From Octopus sinensis (lineage: Eukaryota): a DNA stretch of 64,000 nucleotides. Shown one piece after another: positions 49,626 through 61,344 of this stretch. Each line of letters starts with the position of its first letter. Within the stretch, counting starts at the first letter, position 1. A program made the translations under genes and the position numbers. Under the pieces are notes generated by a model. The model saw only the letters and a program-made list of their open reading frames with translations, ran no database searches and was not told where the DNA came from. The DNA is taken from contig NC_042999.1 in assembly GCF_006345805.1 (NCBI RefSeq), positions 69,130,001 through 69,194,000 on the forward strand, read 5' to 3'.

Positions 49626-49969
49626 AAACTATAAGAAATGATATTAGTGTTATAGTATGTGGAGTGATGTGTGTGTGTGTGTGTGCACGCACAGTGTTGT
49701 TAGTATGGTGGTGTGGTCAATCTAACCCAGCCTCAGGGGTCTGTGAAAATCATTAGCAATTAACACAACCGCCCTCTCCTCTAAACTAAACCACGAAACA
49801 AATAATATGAATAAAATAAAATAAAACAAAAAAGCATAAATATAATACAGTAAAATATAAATTTGTGTTTTTGCAAAAGCAATTATTTCGTTCAACTCCA
49901 TTAAGAAGCAATTGTTGTAATTAGCAATTAATTGTTCTTGTTTCTGTGCTCCTTTGATCAACTTGGATA

Positions 49970-50460
49970 CAACATCATCAGCATCATCAACATCATCAAC
50001 AACATCAACATCATCATCATCATCATCATCATCAACATCATCAACATCAGCAACAACATCACTTATTGCTGTTGTGTTTTTTCACATTCGCACAAACATC
50101 ATCATTTTCATTGCTGTCATCATTGTCAGACTCATTCATAGCATCATTATTATCGCTATTCATTGCTGTCACGTTCATGATCATCATCCTGTCATCACCG
50201 TCATCATTGTCATAATCATCATCATCATTATCATTATCGTTATCTCTGTCATCATCATTACCATAACCATAGCAATCATCATCATCATTACCATCATCCT
50301 CTACATCATTGCTGTTGCCATCATCATCATTGTTACTACATTCGCCATCATCACCACCATCACCAGCATCCCCACCATCATCAGCGACATCATTTTCAAC
50401 ATCATCATTATCATCATCATATCGATCATCCCCCACCATTCTCCTCCACTACCATCATTC
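49970..50460. repeat. Long degenerate (CAT)n tract
   Basis: Read directly. Confidence 0.95.
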
Positions 50461-50916
50461 CTACCCCACTCCCACCCGCACATTTACATCCATACTACTT
50501 AGATGTCGTCTTATCACAAAATTGGCATGGTTTACATCGGAATCTTTCATTATATATGATTAATTCCAGGCAGTTGACCAGAAAAACAAAAATCAAAAAA
50601 AAAAAAAGGAAGAAAAAGAGTGCAGGAGATTCTGCCTGACTTTCCGTGACTGGCGCCAAAAGTAGAAATAATCTGTGGTGCCATAAACCTGGAATTGATT
50701 TTTAAGGATAGAATATACAGAGAAGAGTAAATGAGAGATTAAAGATGTATTTTGCATCATAATCCTTTATAATGGTCTTAAACATGTGTGTGCATGTATA
50801 TGTGTGTGTGTGTGTGTGTGTGTGGAGATATATGCATATACAAATGTATACATGTATACATATACATACACACATATATATTATATATAGATATACATAG
50901 ATGCATACATAATATA

Positions 50917-51735
50917 AAGGGTGTGGTGAATAAACTGTCATCTAAATTACGCAAAAATGAAAATAACACTGACATCTCATTTTAACAGATATATTTACCA
51001 AAATTATACAAAAATATCTTGAAATACTAAGGAGTAAATCTATTCAATAAAATCGCCATTGGCTTCAACCACGGCCTCCAGACGACTTCGGAATCTCCTG
51101 CAACTCTTTTGGACAGTCTCCTTGTTTAAGTCGGTGAATGCTGCCATAATCCTTGCCTTCAGTTCATCTTTGGTGTTACAAGGAATTTTGTTGGTCTCTC
51201 ACTTAACTCTCACTCACATAATAATCCAGGGGGTTGCAGTCTGGAGAGTTAGGTGGCCAGTTGTTAGGGCTGATGTGGTCACAGAATGGGTTCTCCTACT
51301 TCTGTGGTGTGGTGCAGAGTCCTGTTGCCGGACATAGGGTCTTCAAGCAGCCACCCTCTTGACCCAGGGCAGTACTACATCCTCTAGGCACTTGATGTAG
51401 ACCTCTGTGTTGAATCTGAGGCCGTGTGCGAAGATGAATGCAGACATAATGTTGCCATTACTAGTGGTCACTCCAAACACCATGATGTTGCCTGGATGTT
51501 TGATTTTTATCACTCTCAGTACATGTATGGAATGGAACTTCTGGTGAAAATGCCACGCAATACAGCATGTTGTTTTCAAATTTCTGGCAAAGTGAATTGA
51601 ATCATCATGCTGTTTTTCTCACAGACAGTGCCCAACTGACCCTACTATACTGTGTAGTCAACAAATCCAAAACAAACAATGTGCATACGTGAAATTGCAA
51701 ATATAAAATGTCGACAATTTACCCATTGCACCCTG
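50917..51735 (-). mobile_element. Internally deleted Tc1/mariner element (maT/DD37D-like)
   Basis: Minus-strand fragments KHPGNIMVFGV...GLRFNTEVYIKCLEDVVLPWVKRVAA*RPYVRQQDSAP and WPPNSPDCNPLDYY...RRLEAVVEANGDF. Imperfect TIRs AAGGGTGTGGTGAATAAACTGTC / CAGGGTGCAATGGGTAAATTGTC with TA flanks. Confidence 0.85.
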
Positions 51736-51783
51736 TATATAGATACATATACAATATATATAGGAACATATAGATACACACAT

Positions 51784-51818
<35 letters not shown>

Positions 51819-51954
51819 CATACATATATATATATACATATATATATACATATATACATATATACATATATACACACACACATATAAACACCCACACATG
51901 CATGCATACACGCACGCATGTGCTAACACACACACACACACACATAGTTGTGCT

Positions 51955-52156
51955 TAGGGGCAGGAGTGGCTACACATAAGAATAGCTACATGGAGTCACA
52001 GGCATAGCAATGTGGTTTGGAAGCTTGCTCCCCAACCATGTGGTCTCAGTTTCCATCCCATTGCATGGCACCTTAGGCAAGTGGCTTGTACTATATACCT
52101 GGGCTGACCAAAATCTGTTGAGTGGGTTTGATAGACTGAAACCAAAGGAAGACTAT

Positions 52157-52201
<45 letters not shown>

Positions 52202-53200
52202 ATGCGTGCGTGAAATTGCATGTGGATGTGAAATTAACAAACACATGCACACACACACACACACATTGTCATTCTCTCAAATCCAAGGGTGCTGAGTTGT
52301 CTTTCTTTTAGTTAGGGATGGCCTCCAACAGATTTTGTTGTGAACCTTTATTTGGCTTTTGCAACTCTTGACCAACTGAACACCCTCACCAACATTACTG
52401 TTTCAAATCTGAGAACTCATCGAACCAGTTACTCAGTTCCCATGGTATATATGTGACTGATGTCATAACGTAACCCATGAATAGGATGCCAGTCCATCAT
52501 AGGGTAACTCATCTACAGATGAGTTGACTACAACAATGTAAAATGAAGAATTTTGCTCAAGAACACAATGCACCACCCAGTCTGCAAATTGAAACCACAA
52601 TCTTGCAATCACAAATGCAAGATCCTACCAACCAGGCCAGCGTTTTGTCATGACCCACAGTTTGAAATACGCTTCACTTCGTCATACACCGTCATTACTT
52701 CCTGTTTTATTGTTCAAATAAAAGAGCAACGGTCATCATTAACTGAGTCATGGAGATGATTATACACAACACAAATAATTTGTTCTGCTGTCTGAAAATA
52801 CAGGATAGAATTAGTCTGCTGTTGTTGCAGCTGCATATGATGGTTATGTCGGGAGGAAATACTTTATCTTGCAGTCACTTTCACATATAGGTTATCATCA
52901 TCATCATCATCATCATCATCATCTACATTCCGTCTTCCTTGCTGGCATGGATTGAACAATTTGACAGGAGCTGGCAAGCTGGAAAGTGGCACCAGGCTCC
53001 TCTGTTCTGGGGCAGTTTCAGCAGCTGCATACCTTTCATACCCTTCCTGACGTAAACCACTTTACAGTGTGTATTGGGTGCTTTTTACATGGCACTTTTT
53101 ATGTGGCACCAGCATGGAAGCTTTTTACATTGTGCAAGGATGGGTACTTTTTACATGACATCAGAACAAGTGCTTTATATGTGGCACCAGCAAGAATATC
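51955..53200. mobile_element. Cluster of SINE B (+, 51955-52160), SINE E (-, 52390-52640) and RTE tail (-, 52890-53200) fragments
   Basis: Family-diagnostic motifs. Confidence 0.7.
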
Positions 53201-53289
53201 CTTACAAATTTATTCCAATTGATTCAATATTTGATTTAAAAAATGTTTTAAAAGCAGGGAGTGATATGCAGTGATATACATCTGGAAAA

Positions 53290-53555
53290 TAGAACAAGGC
53301 ACCACTGCATAGTGCCAAAGATCCCAACATTGTCATCAAGATACAAGACTAGATGCTGCAACAGATAGGGTTTCAAGGGCCCACAGCTCTTCAATATCCT
53401 TCCAAAATGCCTGAGAAACCAGCATGGAGTGGATGTAGGTGCCTTCAAAACAAAACTGGATCTCCTCCTGTCAAGGGTTCTAGATGAGCCTACCTCACGA
53501 CAGGAAACACAGATGAGGGCAACAGCATAAAACCCCCTCATTCACGAAATGCCAG
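53290..53555 (+). pseudogene. 3' fragment of the same CR1/L2-type LINE family as 1134-4172
   Basis: Aligns to about 3805-4070 (GGCCCACAGCTCTTCAATATCC, AAAACTGGATCTC, CAGATGAGGGCA). Confidence 0.85.
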
Positions 53556-53959
53556 AGAAGGTTTGAAGCAGTGAAGGGGGAGCAAAGCTAACAACAGTAA
53601 CCCAGCATTGCCAAGAATTTCTAATTACTCTGATTTTCTGTGATAAAAATTGTAGGGACATTTACAAATAAATAAGTTATTAAATTGAGGCAAAATATGT
53701 TAACCAAGTTTAAAATAGCAAAGATAATTACAGAAAGCTCCTAAAGTTTGTAGGAATTTTCCTTTAGCTATCATATTTAATGGCATAAAAGACACAGTCC
53801 AATTTCAACAGCACATGTTCAGGATAAAAATGGTTTTAGCGCATTAAAATATGTAATGTTTAAAGCAACCTTGTAGATAGGATCCAAAGTGATTTTTGGG
53901 AGACATTTTTGGAAACAAAATGTTTTATTATCATCGTCATTATTATCATCACGACCTTG

Positions 53960-54538
53960 ATGTTAATCATCATCCTTATTTAACGTCCATTTTCCATGCT
54001 GGCATGGACAGTGTGGCAGGAGCTGGTAAGGCCAGGATCCATACCAGGCTCCAATTATCTGTTTTTGCAAGGTTTCTATGGCTGGATGACCTTCCTAATG
54101 CCAACCACTGTACAAAATGTCATGGGTGTTTTCTATGTGGCACCAGCACCGTCAGGGTCACCAAGTAACTTGCAAGACAAAAACCCTTCAGCTGGGAGGA
54201 GGCCGTAGTAGTGAGAGGAAGGTGGCTTTGTGCCAGTTGCTGATGTATACAAACACACCTATGTGTATGTATACACATGTAGGCATGCATGTGAGTATGA
54301 GTATGTACATGTTTGTGTCTCTTTGTAATAGTTGTAAATGAGTGTCACCGTCATACAAGCAGTGTTGTTCATTTCCAATGTGTTGTCAGGCTGTAGGGAA
54401 ATATTAGGTTACATGAAAGCAGGTGATGGGTGGTGACAGGAAGGGTATCCACCTCTAGAAAAAGCTCCTCAATAAACTCTGTCCAACCCATGCAAGCATG
54501 GAAAAGTGGATGTTAAAATGATGATGTATAAATGTGTG

Positions 54539-54599
<61 letters not shown>

Positions 54600-55000
54600 A
54601 GGAGAGATAGAGAGGGAGACAAGAGACAGACAGAGATAGACAGACATATATTACTTGTTTCAGTCATTAGACTGTGGCCATACTGGAGCATCACCCGGAA
54701 GGTTTTAGCTGAGCAAATCAACCTCATTACTTATTTTTTAAAGCCTGGCACTTACCGTATTGGTCTCTTTTTGCTGAGTGACTAAGTTATGGAGTCATAA
54801 ACAAACCAACACCAGTTGTCAAGTGGTGGAAGGGGGACAAACACACACATATGGTGGGCTTCTTTCAGTTCCTGTCTACCAAATCCTCTCACAAGGCTTT
54901 CCTCAGGCCAAGATTATAATAAAAGCCACTTGCCCAAGGGGGACTGAACCCAAATCTCCATGGTTGGAAGCAAGCTTCTTAACCACACAGCCACCTCTGT
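53960..55000. mobile_element. RTE tail (-, 53960-54230) and SINE B (-, 54650-55000) with microsatellites
   Basis: Family-diagnostic motifs. Confidence 0.75.
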
Positions 55001-55425
55001 GCCTATATATACATTTTCAGCATGTGTTGACCATCTAATTGAGACACATTAGTTCTTTTCTCTCTCCATTTATTTCTGTCCTTATGTTTTCTTTCTGTAG
55101 AAGAGCATATGCTCAAAATGCAAAGGATTTTTCCTTCTATTTTTTCTAAATGTAAACCTAATACACTTAGTCTTTTACCACATCTGTGTTTTGTATAATT
55201 TTCACATAAATCTCTACAGTAAACATTGAACACAAATCTTACTTCTATTTTGATGGTAATCCTTCTTTACTCTCAACTCCAACACATTTATTCCAGCAGA
55301 GATTCTAAAACCATGAAGTATATATCGATTTCTTTAAACTAGGCACAAATTTGTGTAGGAAAAGCAGATGGAATCAATTAAAATTGATTCCCAATAGCAA
55401 CATCATCAACAATAACAATGATGAT

Positions 55426-55428
55426 TAC

Positions 55429-55476
<48 letters not shown>

Positions 55477-55570
55477 TACTATTATTATTACTATTATTAT
55501 TATTATTACTATTATTATTATTATTATTACTATTACTATTATTATTATTACTATTATTATTATTATTGCT
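55426..55570. repeat. (TAT/TAC)n microsatellite
   Basis: Read directly. Confidence 0.97.
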
Positions 55571-56240
55571 ATTATACTGTGAATACCACTGTATCCAGCC
55601 ATAAAAAATTATAATGCAAATTTGACTTTTGGGAGAATTTTTAATTGAGAACCATTTCCACAGACATCGTAGTCGATTGCCCATCTCTGCAACTGAAAAG
55701 AGATCAAAGTACAGGATGTTAATGACTATTTTCTCTTCCTTTCTCAAATTTGTTTCTCTAGATTTTAAGCTATAAATTATATTAATAAACTATAAAATAC
55801 CATAATAAACTATAAAAGACTATAATAGAATTATATAAAAACACTATAAAATATTCTAATAAACAACATAACTATACAAGCAGGTGTGGCTGTGTGGTAA
55901 GAAGTTTGCTTCCCAACCACATGGTTCTGGGTTCAGCCCCACTGTGTGACACCTTCGTCAAGTGTCTTCTACCAAAGCCCATTGTATAGATGTATGAAAG
56001 AAGCCCACTGTATGTGTGTATGTATGCATGTGGGTGTCCATCCCCATCCCCACTTCCTTATTGGACAAACTACTTAGGAGCATTTCATTCATCTCAACAA
56101 TCTCAGTTCAAATTCTGTTGGGGTCAACTTTGCCTTTCATGCTTTCAGGGTGACTGAAATAAGTATCAGTTTTGCACTGGGGTCAATGTAATTGACTAGC
56201 TTCCAATTCCTAAAAAATCTCAGGCCTTCTTTCTATAAAA

Positions 56241-56564
56241 TTCTATATTTAAGAGATGGGGAATTATGTACATTATTTACATTATTTACATTTGACGGAT
56301 ATTTGTCCTCATCTTGTTTGTTGTTAACACAAAGTTTCGGCTGATATACCCTCCAGCTTTCATCAGGTGTCTTGGAGAAATATCAAACCTGGGTTCTCAT
56401 TCCTAAGGTATTTTTCGATGTTGTTGTTATTATTATTATCATTATTAAGGTCACTGACTAGAATCAGACTGCAAACCTTGGGGTTAGTAGCCCGCGCTCT
56501 TAACCAATACACCATATGCCCATGGACAAATATCCGTCAAATGTAAATAAGGTAAATAATGTAC
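56241..56564 (-). mobile_element. tRNA-headed SINE-like element carrying a hammerhead motif, with a 41-bp inverted copy of its tail at the 5' end
   Basis: A box 56504-56514, eroded B box 56460-56470, (AAT/AAC)n spacer, hammerhead 56326-56371. 56268-56308 and 56524-56564 are reverse complements (40/41). Confidence 0.8.
56326..56371 (-). ncRNA. Minimal type I hammerhead ribozyme motif
   Basis: GACAC-CUGAUGA-AA-GCUG(GAGGGUAUAU)CAGC-C-GAAAC-UUU-GUGUU: stem I GACAC/GUGUU, stem II GCUG/CAGC. The triplet is UUU here but GUU in the copy at 20691-20705. Confidence 0.75.
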
Positions 56565-57062
56565 CTCCTTTCTATAGTGCAAACGATTATTTCATTTGAT
56601 TTTGAAGGAGAAAAAAAAATTAATGGTGTAACAGTGGGGGAGGGGAGTAACCAAGGAATATTGGCACACATACACACACACATCTGGGCCATAAATATGT
56701 TATTCCTTTTATATAGATGTCTTTTCTCTAGGGAAGTAAGGTAGGACAAATGTCATGCTGATGATGGCCGAACTTGAAACGTATCTTCTTTATCTCCAGA
56801 CAATAAACGTCTCCTTTTTAATGACATCTCAACTCTGGAGAAATCTTGATTCTTGAGATTATTTCCCACCGTCTCATATGGAACTGGTTTTAATTACCAT
56901 TTTGTAATTATGACTCTTCTTCTGGAAACAAATATTATTTGGATAAATCAAGAATTTATGTTGTATGGAATTTGATATCCCTGTATTTGTCTATGCTGTT
57001 CATATAAAAATAATAATAATATAATAATGAAATTATTGTGTGTATATATATATATATACAAT

Positions 57063-57453
57063 AGGCACAGGAGTGGCTATGTGGTAAGTACGTTGCTTAC
57101 CAATCACATGGTTCCAGGTTCAGCCCCACTGCATAACACCTTTGGCAAGTGTCTTCTATTATAGCCTCGGGCTGACCAAAGCCTTGCGAGTGGATTTGAT
57201 AGACGGAAACTGGAATAAGCCCGTCATATATGTATATATATATATGTGTGTGTATATGTTTGTGTGTCTGTGTTTGTCCCCACAAACATCACTTGACAAT
57301 GGATCGTGGTGTGTTTACATCCCAGTAACTTATCATTTTGGCAAAAGAGAACCAACAGAATAAGTACTAGGCTTACAAAGAATAAGCTCTGGCTTTGATT
57401 TGTTCAACAAATGGCGGTGCTCCAGCATGGCCACAGTAAAATGACTGAAACAA

Positions 57454-57512
<59 letters not shown>

Positions 57513-58193
57513 GTAAGTAGCAGGCTTACCAATCACACAGTTCTGGGTTCAGTCCCACTGAGTGGCACCTTGGGCAAGTGTCTTCTACTATATAGCCTCA
57601 GGTCAACCAAAGTCATAGGAGAGGATTTGGTTGATGGAAACTGAAAGAAGCCCATCGTATATGTCTGTGTGTGTGTGTGTTTGTGTGTCTGTTTGTCCCC
57701 CCAACGTTGCTTGACAACCAATGCTGGTGTGCTTATGTCTCCGTAACTTAGCAGTTCAGCAAAAGAGACTGGTAGAACAAGTACTAGGCTTACAAAGAAT
57801 AAGTCTTGGGGTTGATTTGTTTGGCTAAAGGCAGTGCACCAGCATGGCCATGGTCAAATGACTGAATATTAATTAATTGGTATATACTGGTATTAATAAA
57901 GGAGTATTGGGGTAAAGGAACATTCTAATTATATATTAATAAAATTTTAATCTAAGCAGTATATAAAATATGAACAAAAATAAGCTAAGGGTAGTAACTC
58001 AGAGTGACCAAATGTATGTATGACTCATTTACTTGTTTCAGTCATTTTACTGTGGCCATGCTGGAGCACCGCCATTTGTTGAACAAATCAAACCCAGAGC
58101 TTATTCTTTGTAAGCCTAGTACTTATTCTGTTGGTTCTCTTTTGCCAAAATGATAAGTTACTGGGATGTAAACACACCACCATCCATTGTCAA
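57063..58193. mobile_element. Three SINE family B copies (57063-57460 +, 57510-57870 +, 58020-58193 -)
   Basis: Diagnostic blocks. Confidence 0.85.
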
Positions 58194-59105
58194 GTGAAAC
58201 ATGGACTGTGACTGCTGAGGACATGCATAAGCTTACAAGGAATTAAGCTAGTATGCTCCACTTGATGTGTAATGTCAGTGTATATACACGACAGAGTGTA
58301 AGTGCCCTGAGAGAAAAGTTGGGCATAAGAAGCATTAGAGATGACTGCACTGGTATGGTCATGTGTTGCATATGAATGAGGAGAGCTGTGTAAAAAAGTG
58401 TCACACCCTAGCAGTAGAGAGAATCTGTGGAAGAAGTAGACCCAGGAAGACCTGGGATGAGGTGGCGAAGCACAATCTTCGAACACTGAGCCTCACTAAG
58501 GCAATAACAAGTGACCAAGACCTTTAGAGATAGGCTGTGCTTGAGAAAACCCAGCAAGCCAAGTGAGACCAGCACCTGTGGCCTATGCCAGTGTAGCATA
58601 ATCAGCCCATTTAAGAGTACCCTTCAATCATTGGGCAATAAACTGTGCTTGTGAAGACCTGTTGAGGCAAGTGAAATCATTGTCGTGGTCAATGACAGTA
58701 CCGCCTAATTGGCACCCGTGCCAGTGGCACATTAAAAGCACCATTCGAGCGTAATCGCTGCCAGTTCTGCCTGGTTGGCTCCCATACCAGTGGTACATAT
58801 AAAACACCATTCAAGCATGGTCATTGCCAGTGCTGCCCGACTGGCTCCTTTGCCGGTGGCTTGTAAAAAGCACCATTTGAGCATGGTCAATGCCAGTACC
58901 ATCTGACTGACCCTCGTGCTGTTGGCACGTAAAAAGCACCCACTACACTCTAGGAACGGTTGGTGTTAAGAAGGGCATCCAGCTGTAGAAACTCTGCCAG
59001 GCCAGATCAAATAGGAACCTGGTGCATCCTTCTGGCTTGCCAGCCCTCAATCAAACCGCCCAGCCCATGCCAGCATGGGAAACGGACATTAAACGATGAT
59101 GATGA
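58194..59105 (+). mobile_element. 5'-truncated RTE LINE: ORF C-terminus, repeat-containing 3' UTR and (GAT)n tail
   Basis: ETWTVTAEDMHKLTRN*ASML...LHWYGHVLHM...GRSRPRKTWDEVAKHNLRTL...EKTQQAK* (stop about 58564-58566) runs directly into family A sequence, which identifies family A as this LINE's 3' end. Confidence 0.9.
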
Positions 59106-59590
59106 AATAATTACTGTGCTTGAGGAGACACATCAAGCTAAGTGAAGTTGTGGTTGTGGCAATAGCAGTGACACATGAATGACACCTGTGCTGGTGACAC
59201 TGAAAAGGCACCCATGCCAGTGACATGTAAAGGACCCCCAATATATTCTGTGGTGTGGTTAGGGTTAGGAAAGGCATCCAGCTATAGAAACCAAGTCAAA
59301 ATGGATAATGGAACTTGGTACAGCCCCTGGCCTTACCAGTTCCTGTCTAACCATCCAACCCATGCCAGCATGAAAAACAGATGTAAAATGATGATGATGA
59401 TGGCAACATGCACATATGTGTGTATATATCCTCAGGCATAGGATTGGTTCTGTGATTAAGAATTTTCTACCCAACCACATGGTTTTATATCCTGCTCCAC
59501 TGCCTGGTACCTTGGGCAAGTGTTTCTACTATAGCCCTAAGCTGACTAAAGCCTTGTGAGTAGATTTGGTAGACGGAAACTGAAAGAAGC

Positions 59591-59640
<50 letters not shown>

Positions 59641-60409
59641 TGTATGTGTTTATGTTTGTGTGTGCATGTGTGCGCATGCATGTGTATGTGTGTGCATGCA
59701 TGTGTGTGCATGTATGTCTGGTGTGTGTGTGTGTGTTTTGCGTGATAATTGTAAATGCATGCTACTATCCTAGTGGCAGTGTCCTTCATTTGCAATATTC
59801 TGTGAAAGCATGTCTGGCCATGGGAAATACCACCTTACTTGGAAACAAGTAAGGGCTGGCAACAGGAAGAGCATCCAGTTGTGGAAAATCTGCCTCAATA
59901 AAATCTATCTGACCCATGCAAGCATGGAAAAGCGGACATTAAAATGATGAATCCTGATCATCATCAACATAACCAAAATTCTACGTCCATTCTTCCATGG
60001 AGGCACAGGCCACACAAGACTCTTTGAAGTAATGTTTTGTGACCCAATAACCTTTCTAACACCATCCCTTTCAGTCACCTTCTATGGTACACTGAGACAC
60101 AATGTTCCTATCTCCTAATGAATTTCCCCACATTTTTTCATTAGCCACCTTACACTCACAAGACTTTGGTTGACACGAGTCTGTGATAGAACTAACTTGC
60201 ACAAAATGCCAGAGGATGAGATTGAAACCAGAACCACAGGACTGCAAAGTAAACATTTAAACCACACAGCTGCAGGCAAATCTTCAGCCACACTATTCTA
60301 TATTTATAAGAAGTGCAGCAAATGTGAGATGTGCAGTAGCTAAGCTGCAATGTTAGTTAAGACATTATACAGAAGTTGAAAAAATAACCAAAATATTTAA
60401 GCAAAACAG

Positions 60410-61330
60410 CTCTCTCTCTCCATCTCTTTCTTTCTTTCTCTCGGTCTTACTTCCTCTCTATTTTTCTCAATCTTTATCTCTCTCACTGTATTTCTGTCTT
60501 TCCTTCTCTATCTTTCCATGTCTCTTTCTCTCAAGATCTCTCTCTCTTTCTCTCTTTGTTTTTCTCCATGTCTCTTGATTACCTGACTTTCTCTCTCCCT
60601 CCCTCTCCCCCTCTCTCTATCTATCTATCTCTTCTCTTTCTGACTCTCTTAATCTGTCTACTCTCTCACTCTCTTACTGTCTCCTTTAATCTTTGTAGTC
60701 ATCCCTCTCTGTCTGTCTGTCTCTCTCTCTCTCTCGCCCTCTCATACCTTCTCTCTCTCCACCTCTCTCTCTCTATTATAAATTCCTCATGAAGATGAAT
60801 TCTAAGAAAGCTAATCTTAGAATTCCAATATGATTGAGACGAAGATAACTGCCGAAATATTCAACAGAACATGGTTGGAATGGAATGCACCACTGCACAC
60901 TAACAACATGGCAGAAGTCAAATGATCATCATCATCATCATCAACAACAACAACAGGAATAAATTGCTGAGCAAGATGGCATCTTCCAGTCCATCAAGGA
61001 AGGTAGTAACTTCAAATAAGAAAACTGACTCAAACAAAGACAACCTTTTTGACCAATGGCAGCATGGAAAGTGGACAAAAGATGATGATGATGACAATGA
61101 TTACGATGAAGATGATGATGACGATGATGACAACGACAATGACAACAATGGCGACAATGATGATGACGATGATAATGACAATGATGACGACGATGACAAT
61201 GATGATGATAACGACAACGACGACGATGATACTGATGATGCCTCTTCTGCTACCAATGATGACAGAGACATCAAAATGATAATGACACTGACAAAGATGA
61301 TGATGATGACTGACAAAGTTGATGATAAAA
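60410..61330. repeat. CT-rich tract (60410-60780) and compound (GAT/GAC/AAT)n tract (61080-61330)
   Basis: Read directly. Confidence 0.92.
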
Positions 61331-61344
61331 ATGGTGATATTACT

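Noticed and set aside
56450-56521. Genuine tRNA gene (also other tRNA-like heads)
   Set aside because: No closed acceptor stem, an eroded B box and continuity with repeat bodies identify these as SINE heads.
56752-56790. CTGATGA-TGGCCGAACTT-GAAAC-GTA hammerhead core
   Set aside because: The core words are present but neither stem I nor stem II pairs convincingly.
58690-59000. Twister-like words (GCCGGT...GTAAAAAG) in the RTE UTR
   Set aside because: The conserved twister L4/T1 elements and UAA cleavage context are absent.
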